Shown here: piece by piece, positions 9,916 through 20,979 of the stretch
How the letters are laid out: each line of letters starts with the position of its first letter
How positions within the stretch are numbered: position 1 is the first letter of the stretch
Source of the DNA: Verrucomicrobiota bacterium
Lineage (GTDB): Bacteria > Verrucomicrobiota > Verrucomicrobiia > Limisphaerales > CANJSG01
DNA: 64,000 bases
Direction: 5' to 3'
NCBI GenBank assembly: GCA_038209745.1
Contig: JBBQXJ010000003.1
Location: 46,284 to 110,283 of the forward strand
Notes under the pieces: generated by a model
Told to the model about the DNA's origin: nothing
Seen by the model: only the letters and a program-made list of their open reading frames with translations
The model's database searches: none
Made by a program: the position numbers and the translations under genes

Positions 9916-10335
9916 ATGCCCAAGAAACCTACATCCCGCCGCCGCCTGACCCGCAAGCAGCAGCGTGATATCGACATCGAGATCGGCTTCCTGGAGGGAC
10001 TCGTCCGGCGCGATCCCGAATACGTGGAGGCCTTGGAGATTCTCGGTGACGGCTACACCAAGCGCGGGCGCTTCGAAGAGGGGCTTGGCATCGACCAACA
10101 GCTCGTCGCCCTGCGTCCGACCGATTCCGGGATGTGCTTCAATCTCGCCTGCAGCCTCTCCCTGACCAAGCGACTGGACGAAGCCCTGAACGCCCTGCGC
10201 CAGGCGATCCAGTTTGGCTACAGGGACTTCGAATGGCTTCTGAAGGATCCGGACCTCCGCCGTGTCCGCGAGGACGAGCGGTTCGCGGTCATCCTCGCAT
10301 TGATCGAAGGTGAACTTTCGCAGCAGGGCTCCTAG
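9916..10335 (+). CDS. Small TPR protein
   Basis: LG..YT..GRFEEGL.ID, FNLACSLSL, AI..GYRDF.WL.KDPDL. Confidence 0.8.
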   Translation: MPKKPTSRRRLTRKQQRDIDIEIGFLEGLVRRDPEYVEALEILGDGYTKRGRFEEGLGIDQQLVALRPTDSGMCFNLACSLSLTKRLDEALNALRQAIQFGYRDFEWLLKDPDLRRVREDERFAVILALIEGELSQQGS

Positions 10336-10344
10336 CCTGCGCGC

Positions 10345-11472
10345 ATGATCGTCCAGCATGGCGGCCAGTCCCGCCACTACCGCACCGTTACGTTCGACAC
10401 GGAGGCGAACGAGCTCTGCCTGATCGAGCAGCGCCTCCTCCCGCACGAGTTCGTCCTCGTCCGCACCCGCACCTTCCGCGAAACCGCCGCCGCCATCCGC
10501 GACATGGTGGTGCGCGGCGCCGGCGCCATCGGTGCGACCGCCGCTTACGGATTGGCCCAGGGCGCGCTCGCCTTTCGGGGGAAGGATCCGGGGCGTTTCG
10601 CCGACCACATGGAGAAGGTTTTCCAAGCCTTGAAGGACGCCCGTCCCACCGCCGTGGATCCGGTGAATGCCATGCTCGATGTCCGACGGGCGATGCTCCC
10701 CGGCGAGACCGTCGTCGAACAGCAGGCCTTGGCCGTCGCCGCCGCCGAGGGCTTTGCCAACGAAGACGTGGATCATTGCCGCGCCATCGGGAAACACGGA
10801 GCGAAGCTGATCCGCAACGGCATGAACGTGCTCACGCATTGCAACGCCGGTTGGCTTGCTTTCGTGGACTATGGCAGCGCCACGGCTCCGATGTATGCGG
10901 CCCAGGAAAAGGGGCGGTCCTTCCACGTTTTTTGCGATGAAACCCGCCCCCGCAGCCAAGGCGCGACCCTCACCGCCTGGGAGTTGGCCCAGCAGGGCGT
11001 TCCGCACCACATCATCGCGGACAACGCCGCCGGCCATTTCATGCAGCGCGGCGAGATCGACCTCGTCATCGTCGGCAGCGACCGCACTCTCGGCCGCACG
11101 GGCGAAGTGGCCAACAAGATCGGCACCTACACCAAGGCTGTTTTGGCCCACCGGCACGGGATCCCGTTCTACGTCGCCATCCCGCTTTCGACCCTCGATT
11201 GGAGCCTTCGTCGCGGTTCGGACATCCCCATAGAAGAACGGCACGAGAGCGAAGTGCTCGGGGCCTGGGGCGTTGTGGCAAAACCCAATGCCGGGAGCCG
11301 CAGTCTGACGGGAGGAGAACGCGCCTACGTGCGGGTCGCCAACCCCGGCAGTCCGGGGCGCAATCCGGCCTTCGATGTCACGCCGGCCGAGCTGGTTACC
11401 GGCATCATCACTCCGGTGGGAATCTTCAAGCCCGGCGAATTGTGGACCAATCGGGCCCGCTTGGGGCGATGA
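10345..11472 (+). CDS. mtnA: S-methyl-5-thioribose-1-phosphate isomerase
   Basis: MVVRGAGAIG, RPTAV, LTHCNAG, DETRPRSQGA.LTAWEL, ANKIGTY, NPAFDVTP. Confidence 0.95.
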   Translation: MIVQHGGQSRHYRTVTFDTEANELCLIEQRLLPHEFVLVRTRTFRETAAAIRDMVVRGAGAIGATAAYGLAQGALAFRGKDPGRFADHMEKVFQALKDARPTAVDPVNAMLDVRRAMLPGETVVEQQALAVAAAEGFANEDVDHCRAIGKHGAKLIRNGMNVLTHCNAGWLAFVDYGSATAPMYAAQEKGRSFHVFCDETRPRSQGATLTAWELAQQGVPHHIIADNAAGHFMQRGEIDLVIVGSDRTLGRTGEVANKIGTYTKAVLAHRHGIPFYVAIPLSTLDWSLRRGSDIPIEERHESEVLGAWGVVAKPNAGSRSLTGGERAYVRVANPGSPGRNPAFDVTPAELVTGIITPVGIFKPGELWTNRARLGR

Positions 11473-11600
11473 ATCCGGCCCATTCTCGCTGAACAACGTC
11501 CCGGAAACCTTCGTCTGACACGGGTTGGATGACGGGCGTTGAAAGTCCCGGTTCGATCCGTTTTGTTGCTCGAAGCATCCAGAAGACTGCAAAAAGCCAA

Positions 11601-11629
11601 TTGCACGTATACGTATGATTGCCTAGGTT
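11601..11629 (+). promoter_or_regulatory. Putative sigma70 promoter with palindromic operator in the spacer
   Basis: TTGCAC-N17-TAGGTT; perfect palindrome ACGTATACGT at 11605-11614; ATG at 11643. Confidence 0.55.
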
Positions 11630-11642
11630 GCGCCATATTCGC

Positions 11643-12869
11643 ATGAGTAAACTGATAACAAGTCTGGTGGTGGCCGGCGTCCTGGCGGGCAGCGGCTTTG
11701 TTGCCTGGAAAAAGTGGGGCGGTGCCGCGATGCCAGCCCAAACCGCGGGTCGGATGCCCTCCACCGCCGTGGCGGAGAAGCGCGACATCAGCTTCGCCAT
11801 CAATGTCGCCGGCGACATTGGTCCGGCCGACCAGGTGTCCGTGCGGCCGGAGGTCAACGGCAAGATCGACAAGCTGCCGGTGGACATCGGCGACCCGGTC
11901 AAGAAGGGCGAGTTGCTTTTCAGCCTCGACGACAAGGATCTCCAGATCGGGCGCCAGCAGCAAAACGCGCAGATCGACGGCTCGAAACTGTCGCTCAAGG
12001 GCGCACAGGTAGTGCAGGACCAGGCCGAAAGGAACTTCGCCCGCTCGAAGCAGCTGTTCGGAGAACGGCTGGTCTCCCAGGAAGTCTTCGACGATTCCAA
12101 GACCACGCTGGACAGGGCCAAGAACGACGTTGCTTTGGCGGGAAACAGTTTGCTGCGCTCCGAGAAGGAACTCGCGCTGGTCGACGAGCGCCTGACCAAG
12201 ACCAGGATCTTTGCTCCCTTCGACTGCACCATCCTGACCAGGCCGGTCTCGGTCGGGCAGGCGGTTTCGGGCTCCGGCGGTTTCAACAGCGGCACCGAAG
12301 TGCTGACCATCGCGAACCTGACCGACCTCGTGATCAACGCCCACGTCAACCAAGTGGACGTCACCCGGCTTTTCGTGAACCAGGACGTCGACATCCAGAT
12401 CGACTCGGTGCCCGGCCTGAAGCTCAAGGGGCTGGTGGACCGCATCGCCCCGCAGGCGACGATCAAGAACCAGATCAAGGGCTTCGCCTGCCGCATTTCC
12501 CTGAAGTCGGTGGACCCGCGCGTCCGGCCCGGCATGACGGCCAATATTTCCATACCCGTATCCTCGGCCGCCAATGTCGTCACCGTGCCGCTTTCCGCTG
12601 TGTTCACCGAGCAGGACGGACGCTTCGTCTACGTGAAGCGTGCCGACGGAATGTTCGAGAAACGCCCGGTCCGCATCGGCGTCTCCGACTTTTTCAGGGC
12701 GGAAGTGCAGGAGGGACTGACCGGTGGAGAAGACGTCTCGCTGGAGCCTCCCGGAGCCCGTGCCGTTGAAGCGGCCGGAGCCGGTGGCAAAGGAAAGACG
12801 GCCGGCAAGAACGCAGCGGGAGCCCGCACCAGCCTGGGCGTCGCCACGGTCCGTTCCGCCAAAGGTTGA
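11643..12869 (+). CDS. Efflux periplasmic adaptor (MacA-like membrane fusion protein)
   Basis: N-terminal anchor, V.PEVNGKI..L.V..GD.VKKG lipoyl halves, I.APFD, RPGMTA. Confidence 0.9.
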   Translation: MSKLITSLVVAGVLAGSGFVAWKKWGGAAMPAQTAGRMPSTAVAEKRDISFAINVAGDIGPADQVSVRPEVNGKIDKLPVDIGDPVKKGELLFSLDDKDLQIGRQQQNAQIDGSKLSLKGAQVVQDQAERNFARSKQLFGERLVSQEVFDDSKTTLDRAKNDVALAGNSLLRSEKELALVDERLTKTRIFAPFDCTILTRPVSVGQAVSGSGGFNSGTEVLTIANLTDLVINAHVNQVDVTRLFVNQDVDIQIDSVPGLKLKGLVDRIAPQATIKNQIKGFACRISLKSVDPRVRPGMTANISIPVSSAANVVTVPLSAVFTEQDGRFVYVKRADGMFEKRPVRIGVSDFFRAEVQEGLTGGEDVSLEPPGARAVEAAGAGGKGKTAGKNAAGARTSLGVATVRSAKG

Positions 12870-12875
12870 AGCGCC

Positions 12876-13586
<711 letters not shown>

Positions 13587-13601
13587 GGGCCTGATTTTAG
13601 C

Positions 13602-14957
13602 ATGGACCTTTGGATGGCCATTTCAGTCGGGTTGAAGGAGATCTGGGCGCACAAGTTCCGCTCACTTCTCACGATGCTCGGCATCATCCTCGGGGTCGCC
13701 AGCCTCGTGGCCATGTCCGCGCTGGTGCGGGGCATGGAGAACGGCATGAAGGAAGCCTTCGTGGCCATCGGCGGGCTCGAGCGCATCCAGGTCGTCCAGA
13801 ACGACCAGCTCCCGCCCTCCCAGATGCATCTGGCGGACCAGGCCGTGGGCAACACCATGAACGACGTGACGGCCATCAGGGCGAACGTCCCCTACGTGAA
13901 CCTGATCGTCCCGGAGATCCGATTGCGCGGCATCAACGCGCGGAAGGGCGGCAAGTCCATGTTCACATGGATGGTGCTCGGCACCACGCCCGAGTATTTG
14001 GAGATCAGCCAACATCACGTCGCGCAGGGACGGATGTTCAACGAGATCGACAACGAGATGGCGCGCAGCGTCTGCGTCATCGGGACCTTGGTGCGGGACG
14101 AACTGTTCGGGACCCCCGAGGAAACGGGCCATCCCTACGATCCAGTCGGCGAAGTCATCTATCTCAACCGCCAGCCGTTCACCGTGGTCGGCATGTTCGA
14201 CCACTACGAAAGCGCCCAGGAGAAGAAGCAGCGCGAATACTTCGAGCTCCATCCGGAGGAGAAGCCGAAGGGCTCCGGCCGCGGACGGCGTCCGCGCGGG
14301 ACCAGCTTTGTCTTCCACATGAAGAACATGACGATCCTCATGCCCTTGAACACGGCCATGATGAACTTCAGGTCCGCGACGGGCACGAACAGCCTCCCGG
14401 ACTACACGCTCAGCACCATCAACCTCCGGATCGACCGTTTCGAATCCCTCGAACCCGCGCTCGGCCAGATCAGGAACGTGCTCATGTCCGTCCACAAGGG
14501 CATCGAGGACTTCGGCTTCATGACCCAGGAGGACTGGGCCGAGCGGATCAAGGTCAACATCCAGAACTCCCGTGTGAGCGGCGGCCTCATCGCCGCGATC
14601 AGCCTTTTGGTCGGCGGCATCGGCATCATGAACATCATGCTGGCCAGCATCACGGAACGCGTCCGCGAGGTCGGCCTGCGCAAGGCCGTCGGCGCGACCG
14701 GTCCCGACATCTTCGTCCAGATCCTCGTGGAAAGCGTGGTCATCGCCATCCTCGGCGGCCTGGCCGGGTTGGTCGCTTCGATGGGACTGGTCGAAGTGTT
14801 GAAGCTCGTTTCCCCGACGGACAATTCGCCGGAAATCACCGTGACCGCGTTGGCGATCGGTTTTGCCGCGAGCGTCGCTGTCGGGATTCTGGCGGGGCTT
14901 TATCCGGCGGTGAAGGCCAGCCGACTGGAACCCATGCAGGCCCTGCGCTACGAGTAG
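13602..14957 (+). CDS. ABC transporter permease, MacB/FtsX family (copy 1)
   Basis: RSLLTMLGIILGV; ISLLVGGIGIMNIMLASITER.RE.G.RKA.GA; P.QALRYE. Confidence 0.95.
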   Translation: MDLWMAISVGLKEIWAHKFRSLLTMLGIILGVASLVAMSALVRGMENGMKEAFVAIGGLERIQVVQNDQLPPSQMHLADQAVGNTMNDVTAIRANVPYVNLIVPEIRLRGINARKGGKSMFTWMVLGTTPEYLEISQHHVAQGRMFNEIDNEMARSVCVIGTLVRDELFGTPEETGHPYDPVGEVIYLNRQPFTVVGMFDHYESAQEKKQREYFELHPEEKPKGSGRGRRPRGTSFVFHMKNMTILMPLNTAMMNFRSATGTNSLPDYTLSTINLRIDRFESLEPALGQIRNVLMSVHKGIEDFGFMTQEDWAERIKVNIQNSRVSGGLIAAISLLVGGIGIMNIMLASITERVREVGLRKAVGATGPDIFVQILVESVVIAILGGLAGLVASMGLVEVLKLVSPTDNSPEITVTALAIGFAASVAVGILAGLYPAVKASRLEPMQALRYE

Positions 14958-14963
14958 AAGACG

Positions 14964-16325
14964 ATGCTCCTGTTCAACGCCATGATGGTCGGTCTGAAGG
15001 AGATCTGGGCGAACCGGTTCCGCTCCATGCTCACCATGCTCGGCATCATTCTCGGCGTCAGCAGCCTGGTGGCCATGTCCGCCGTGGTGAAGGGCATGGA
15101 GAACGCCATGAAGGAGTCGCTCATCGCCATGGGCGGTCTCGACAAGGTGACCTCCGACGAGCAGGAGGTTCCGGTTGAACAGCAGCACCTCGCCGATCAA
15201 GCGGTGAAGCGCTCCATCCGCGACGTCATGGCCCTCAAGAACACGGCGGGCATGCTCAAGCTGGTTTCGCCGGAGATGGAGCTGAATCGCGCCATCATCA
15301 CCCGCGGCGAGAAGTCCGCCCGTCCCTCGGAACTCGTCGGAGTCTGGCCCGCCGTGCTGGACATGAACCTGCACACGCTGCAATACGGCCGCTTCTTCAC
15401 CGACCTCGACGAGGAACTCGCCAACCCGGTGATCGTCATCGGCACCGGCATCCGCGACGAGCTGTTCGGGTCTCCTGAAGACACCGGCAAGACGATCGTG
15501 CCCATCGGCGAGGTCGTCCAGGTCAACGACCAGTCCTTCACCATCGTGGGGATGTTCGAGCACTACGAGGGCGAGGAAGACCGGAAGATGCGCTTGGAGA
15601 TGGAGCGTCGGGCCAAGGAGACCAAGGTGGCTGGCGCCGTGGAGCGGCGGCGTGGTTGGGGCAGCAAGCGCTGGAGCCCGTTTTACCGGAAGAACATGAC
15701 CGCCTACATCCCGCTCAACACGATGTGGCTGCGGTTCCGCTCCGCCAATGGTAACGACAGCGTGCCCGATCCTTCGCTGACCGCGCTGGACGTCAAGGTG
15801 CGCGACCTGACCCGGATCGACGAATCTCTCCAACAGGCCAAAAACGTGATGATGATCACGCACAACGGCGTGGAGAACTTCAGCTTCAACACGCAGGAAG
15901 GGAACATCGAGGAGATCGACACCAACATCCGCAACGCCCGCCGCTCCGGTGGACTCATCGCCGGCATCGCGCTTCTGGTCGGTGGCATCGGCATCATGAA
16001 CATCATGCTGGCGAGCATCACCGAGCGCATCCGCGAGATCGGCATCCGCAAGGCGATCGGCGCCGGCACCGCCGCCATCTTCCTCCAGATCCTGGTGGAG
16101 AGCGTGGTCATCTCCGTGTTCGGCGGAGTCCTCGGGGTCTTCTGCTCCTACGGCTTTGTTGATCTTCTCAGTTGGCTCACTCCCAGCCAGACGACGCCGG
16201 AAGTGACGATCGGTTCATTGATCATGGCCTTCTGCTTCAGTGTCGGGGTGGGCATCATCGCCGGGATCACGCCCGCCATCAAAGCCGCCCGGCTCCATCC
16301 CATCCAGGCGTTGCGGTTCGATTGA
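14964..16325 (+). CDS. ABC transporter permease, MacB/FtsX family (copy 2)
   Basis: Same motifs as upstream paralog; P.QALRFD. Confidence 0.95.
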   Translation: MLLFNAMMVGLKEIWANRFRSMLTMLGIILGVSSLVAMSAVVKGMENAMKESLIAMGGLDKVTSDEQEVPVEQQHLADQAVKRSIRDVMALKNTAGMLKLVSPEMELNRAIITRGEKSARPSELVGVWPAVLDMNLHTLQYGRFFTDLDEELANPVIVIGTGIRDELFGSPEDTGKTIVPIGEVVQVNDQSFTIVGMFEHYEGEEDRKMRLEMERRAKETKVAGAVERRRGWGSKRWSPFYRKNMTAYIPLNTMWLRFRSANGNDSVPDPSLTALDVKVRDLTRIDESLQQAKNVMMITHNGVENFSFNTQEGNIEEIDTNIRNARRSGGLIAGIALLVGGIGIMNIMLASITERIREIGIRKAIGAGTAAIFLQILVESVVISVFGGVLGVFCSYGFVDLLSWLTPSQTTPEVTIGSLIMAFCFSVGVGIIAGITPAIKAARLHPIQALRFD

Positions 16326-16505
16326 CGCGCTTCGGCGGAACGGGGCGTTCCCAATTTTCACCGCGGTAGGCAACCCGGGTCGGTGTCTTTGGCCGGCGAC
16401 TCGTGCGGTCTTTTGTGACTCAACCCCGGGTCCCATGGAGCCGCCCCGCTTTTGTGCGTCCCGCTCGTTTCCTCTCCTCCCTCGCCGTCGTGGGCTTGAT
16501 CGCCA

Positions 16506-16950
16506 TGACTTCCTGCCGGGCCTCCGCGACTGCGGACGATCACGGCAAAGCCGTTGCCGCAGCGGCCGCCAAGGCGTGGGCTCGGATGTTTGAGATTCTC
16601 GCGCGAATCCTTCCGCCGACCTTTCCCGACCGTGATCGCGACATGACGAAGTTCGGGGCGGAGGGCGCCGACACGACCGATTGCACCAAGGCCCTTGCCG
16701 ACGCCATCGCGGCCTGCCATCGAGTGGGAGGTTGGTGGTGCCACAGGCGTCTCCGATCCCAGGAAGTATCTGCCCGTCGTCTTAACGCGCATCGAGTGCA
16801 GGGAAGTGACGAACCGCTCGCCCCTGATCGACGCCTTCGAGCCGGAGAACGTCGCCAATGGCCCCTTCGAAGTTTCAGTCAAGAAACCCGGCGACGTGGT
16901 CACGAACGCCGCCCGCATCCGCCTGTTCGGCAACACCGGTTTCAACGCCG
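16506..16950 (+). pseudogene. Glycoside hydrolase family 28 (polygalacturonase-like) remnant
   Basis: W....ILARILPPTFPDRD....FGA.G...TDCT.A...AIAACH..GG, then frame change to DPRKYLPVVLTR.E..E..N.SPLI.AFE.ENVA; catalytic NTD/DD/HG/RIK core absent. Confidence 0.7.
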
Positions 16951-17206
16951 GACAGTGGATTCCGCAGAGACATCTTTCGTTGTTCAAGCTCGGGAGCCGC
17001 TCGCCAAACGTCGGTGGTGGGACTCGATCGGCATTTCGATTTCATCATGGGGCTTTTCTTCGGGTTTCCTGTTGCCTCAAGCGTGGGTCGATGGTCGGCT
17101 TTGGTCGTTCCAGGAGGAGACCGCGTCAACCGCTCGCAACAGATCGGGAGGACGGGGGACTCTCGGTCGGTCGTTCACACCCGGCTCTCCCTTGGACGTT
17201 GTAACA

Positions 17207-17593
17207 ATGAATCGTTTATCGAGGCAGGAGCACGGCAATCGCACCGTCTTTGGGGTTTTCAGCGCCATGGCGTTTGCCATCGCCGGGGCGATCTTGAACT
17301 TCGGCGGCCATGGACCGTTCAAGGCCTCGGAATGGACGATGGTCTTCGTGCCCGTTCTGCCGTTGCTGGCCTTTGGCTGCTCCCATCTGGCGCGGTATCG
17401 CGGCTATTCCAGCGGCGTCTCCTATGGCTTGATCTTCCTGGTGATCGCGGGTGCGGCGTTGGCCACCCCGATCTTGTCGGCCTCCACCTTCGGAGTCGTC
17501 GTCATTGCCGCTTCGGCTGTTCCGCCGTTGATCCTCATGACGCTCAACGTCCGTCCCGGCAATTTCCGCAGCGGCCGGGAAAACAAGAAGTAG
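17207..17593 (+). CDS. Small hypothetical membrane protein (about 4 TM)
   Basis: Four hydrophobic segments; HLARYRGYS motif. Confidence 0.55.
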   Translation: MNRLSRQEHGNRTVFGVFSAMAFAIAGAILNFGGHGPFKASEWTMVFVPVLPLLAFGCSHLARYRGYSSGVSYGLIFLVIAGAALATPILSASTFGVVVIAASAVPPLILMTLNVRPGNFRSGRENKK

Positions 17594-17829
17594 GTTTTCC
17601 TTTCCATTTCCAGCTGATCGCAATTCGTTGTTCGGCGTTGATTCAGAATCGTCCCCCACGCCGCGCCACCCGCCTGCTTTGGGGTGCTGAAATTCATAGG
17701 TGACCTTGGACAGGATCTCGCGACTGCGACCATCCGCATGTCCAAAGCGCCAGCGTTGCTCGACCTCTTCAGCACCCAGTCGATTCAGATCTCCCTTCCG
17801 CTGTTCGCCGCGAAGCTGTCGAAAATCGA

Positions 17830-18055
17830 TCCAATGGCGGTTTCCTGATCGGCGGCTCAAGCCCGGTCAACGCCAGATCGGCTTTGCTTCGGGCAAGGAT
17901 CGGCGCGATCCGCGCAAAGCCGCTCCAGACCGATTTCAAGCTGAACAACCGGGGTGAATCCCTGGCGCTCGCCCAGTCGGACGGGTGGACCGTCGCCCAG
18001 GGATCTATGCCAAAGCATCCTCCACAGCACGGTGCGGTGAACTTCGGTCTCGGTG
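17830..18055 (+). pseudogene. Lamin-tail-domain (LTD) protein remnant
   Basis: QWRFPD..LKPGQ..IGFASGKDRRDP in one frame continues as KPLQTDFKLNNRGESLAL..SDG.TV.....KHPPQ...VNFG in another. Confidence 0.6.
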
Positions 18056-18307
18056 ATGGATTTCGAACGGCACCGGGCAGCACCGGGATCCGCGCCGGAT
18101 CCTCCACGGTCTTTGCACACCCGGCGCGCGGCCTCTCCGCGCATTCGGTGGAAAGCGGCCGCGAATGGGAGCGCCCGGGCTCAGTGGAGCTGATCTTTCC
18201 CGGCGGCCGGCGCGGCTTCCAGGTCGACTGCGGACTCCCGGTCCAGGCCGGACCGGCAGAATCCGCAGCGGCGTGGGTGTCTTCGATCCCTGTCTCTTCG
18301 CGCCGCG

Positions 18308-20968
18308 CTAAGCGACCGGCCCGATGCGGTTCAGCTTCAAGACCGGTTCTCCCGCCGTGCGCGATTCCGCAAGATCGACCGCGAACTCCGCCAGCCAGTC
18401 GTTGTGGCCTTCGGAATCCACCAGCACCTGCTGCGCGCGCCAGGTTTTGTTGTCGTCGGACGGGATCACATAAGTGTGCCGGGCGTTGCGGGCTTCCGGG
18501 TCGAGACGGAAGCGGCCGTGGTCGGCCATGTAGGCTTCCATCGCGACCTTCAGACGGGGAGCGGAAGCAAGAGCGGGCGCGGCCGGGTCGGCCGGCACTT
18601 CGTCGGCGCGCCATTCGATGAAGTCGCTCGCCGCCTCATAGTCTTCGTTCGAGAGCGCGCGGAGCAGGCTGAAGATCTTCGTGCGCAGGAGCACGGTGAA
18701 GGCTTTTGGATCCCGCGTGATGTCCTTGTCCGCTTCTTCAGCGCCGGGCGGACGCACCTCGGGCTTGGCTGCGGCGGGCTGGAACGACGGGTTCCGCATC
18801 CGTTCCCATTCGTCCTCCAGGCTGGAATCGATCTGCCGGATCATCGTCTCCAGATACGTCTCCATCTCGCGGACGGTGTCGTTCTTCGCGGCGTCCGGCA
18901 CGTTTTGGACGAGGATCTTGTGGGCGCGGGAAATGTGCCGCAGCAAGAGGCCTTCGGAACGGTGCAGTTCGTAGATCTTGATGTAGTCGGCGAAGCTGCG
19001 GAACTGCTCGAACATCTCCCGCACGATCGATTTTGGCCGGATGTTTTCCTGGCCGACCCAGGGATGTTTGTCGGCGAAGGCGTTGAAAGTCTCGTAGATG
19101 AATTCGCGCCGGGGCTTGGGGTATTCGAGCTTTTCGAGCTCTTCCATCCGCTGGTCGTATTCCATGCCCTGGGCCTTGAGCTCGCCGATCTTCTCGCCCT
19201 TCACCTTGTCGAGTTGGCGGCGGAGGATCGCCTCCGGATTCTCCATGATCGACTCGACCAAGGTGATCAGATCCAGCGCGTAGTCGGGCGCTTCGGGATC
19301 GAGCAGGGGAAGGGTGTCCAGCAGGTAGAGCGACAGAGCCTGGTCCATCGAGAAGTCGTCCTGCAGCTCGACGTTGACCCGAAGCTTAGTGGCACCGGCG
19401 CCCCCGCCTGCCGTTCCTGTTTCGGGAGGCAAAACACTGCGGGCGGGGGCGCCCGCAGCACTGGCCACAGGCGAGGGTGCCTGTGCCACTGCCACGATCT
19501 CCACGATCTTCCGGTCCACCAGGGATCGGAACAGCTGCCACGCCCGGTCGCGATGGCCTTTCTTTTGTCGCTCGGAATCGTGGGAGCGCCGGATCAGGTC
19601 GCGCATCGCGGCGCAACCGTCGCCGTCCCGGCTGAGGACGTTCAGCAGCATGCCGTGCGTCACTTGGAACCGTGAAACCAGCCGCTCCGGCAGGGCGGTG
19701 ATCAGTCGTTCGAACGTCTTCTGGTCCCAGGCGACGAAGTTCTTGTCCGGCGCCTGGCGCTTCACGACCTTTTTGCCCGAGCTCTTCGACTTCTCGTCCA
19801 GCTTCCGGTTCTCGATGACGTGTTCCGGCGCCTGCGCCACGACCCAGCCGACATCGTCGAATCCCTTGCGGCCCGCGCGACCCGAGATCTGGTGGAAATC
19901 CCGCGCGCTGAGGATCGCAACCTTCTCGCCGCTGTATTTGCAGAGCCGGGTGAAGAGCACGGTGCGGATCGGCACGTTGACGCCGACGCCGAGGGTGTCC
20001 GTGCCGCAGATGATCTTGAGCAGGCCGCGTTGTGCGAGCTGCTCGACGAGGATGCGATACTTCGGCAGCAGACCGGCGTGGTGCAGACCGATGCCGTGTT
20101 TGAGCCACTTCTTGATCTCGGGACCGTAGGGGCTGGTGAACTTGAAGTCGTAGAGCGCCTCGGCGATGGCGGCCTTCTCCTCCTTGGTCGCCACGTTGAT
20201 GCTCGTGAAATCCTGCGCGCTCTGGGCGGCGTCGAGCTGGGTGAAATGGACGACGTAGACGGGCGCCTTCCCGGCCGCCGCCAGCCGCTCGACCGTGCCG
20301 GCCAATGGGTGCTCGGAATACTCGAACTCCAGCGGCACGGGCCGGTCCTTCGAGGAAACGATCGTGCTGGTGCGGCCGGTGATCCGGGTCAGTTCGTCGG
20401 CGAAGAACTGCGTCTCGCCCAGCGTGGCCGACATCAGGAGGAACCGTGTCTGCGGCAAGGTCAGCAGCGGCGCCTGCCAGGCCACGCCGCGTTCCTTGTC
20501 CGAGTAGAAGTGGAACTCGTCCATGACCACATCATGGACCCGGGCCTTGGGACCATCGCGCAGGGCGATGTTCGCCAGCACTTCGGCGGTGCAACAGAGG
20601 ATCGGCGCCCCTTGGTTCACGGTGGCGTCGCCGGTCGACAGGCCCACGTTGTCGGGTCCGAATTCGCGGCAGAGCGCCAGCCACTTCTCGTTGACGAGCG
20701 CCTTGATCGGGCAGGTGTAGACGGAGCGGCGCCCGTTCGAGATCGAGGCGAAGTGCATCGCGGACGCGACGAGCGACTTCCCCGATCCGGTGGGGGTGTT
20801 GAGGATGACGTTGTGGTCCTCGAACAGTTCCAGGATCGCCTCCTCCTGCGCCGGGTAGAGGCTGAGGCTGCGGGCTTCGGTGTATTCCAGGAACTTGCCG
20901 AGCAGCTCGTCGCTGGTCGGTTTGGCGCCCTTGGGGATGAGGTCGTGGAGGGTTACGGACACGATCAA
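18308..20968 (-). CDS. Superfamily II (Ski2/HelY-like) DEAD/DEAH RNA helicase with DUF3516-type C-terminus
   Basis: [53 protein letters not shown]. Confidence 0.9.
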   Translation of the reverse strand: MIVSVTLHDLIPKGAKPTSDELLGKFLEYTEARSLSLYPAQEEAILELFEDHNVILNTPTGSGKSLVASAMHFASISNGRRSVYTCPIKALVNEKWLALCREFGPDNVGLSTGDATVNQGAPILCCTAEVLANIALRDGPKARVHDVVMDEFHFYSDKERGVAWQAPLLTLPQTRFLLMSATLGETQFFADELTRITGRTSTIVSSKDRPVPLEFEYSEHPLAGTVERLAAAGKAPVYVVHFTQLDAAQSAQDFTSINVATKEEKAAIAEALYDFKFTSPYGPEIKKWLKHGIGLHHAGLLPKYRILVEQLAQRGLLKIICGTDTLGVGVNVPIRTVLFTRLCKYSGEKVAILSARDFHQISGRAGRKGFDDVGWVVAQAPEHVIENRKLDEKSKSSGKKVVKRQAPDKNFVAWDQKTFERLITALPERLVSRFQVTHGMLLNVLSRDGDGCAAMRDLIRRSHDSERQKKGHRDRAWQLFRSLVDRKIVEIVAVAQAPSPVASAAGAPARSVLPPETGTAGGGAGATKLRVNVELQDDFSMDQALSLYLLDTLPLLDPEAPDYALDLITLVESIMENPEAILRRQLDKVKGEKIGELKAQGMEYDQRMEELEKLEYPKPRREFIYETFNAFADKHPWVGQENIRPKSIVREMFEQFRSFADYIKIYELHRSEGLLLRHISRAHKILVQNVPDAAKNDTVREMETYLETMIRQIDSSLEDEWERMRNPSFQPAAAKPEVRPPGAEEADKDITRDPKAFTVLLRTKIFSLLRALSNEDYEAASDFIEWRADEVPADPAAPALASAPRLKVAMEAYMADHGRFRLDPEARNARHTYVIPSDDNKTWRAQQVLVDSEGHNDWLAEFAVDLAESRTAGEPVLKLNRIGPVA
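19388..19490. repeat. REP-like palindromic cluster (3 units) inserted in-frame in the helicase
   Basis: gtggcaccggcgcccccgcctg (19389-19410) and caggcgagggtgcctgtgccac (19468-19489) are imperfect inverted repeats; a third related unit at 19439-19461. Confidence 0.75.
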
Positions 20969-20979
20969 TTGGGTTCCTG

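Noticed and set aside
16403..17593. 396-aa ORF as a single gene
   Set aside because: Chance read-through joining a GH28 remnant, non-coding-like sequence and a small membrane gene starting at 17207.
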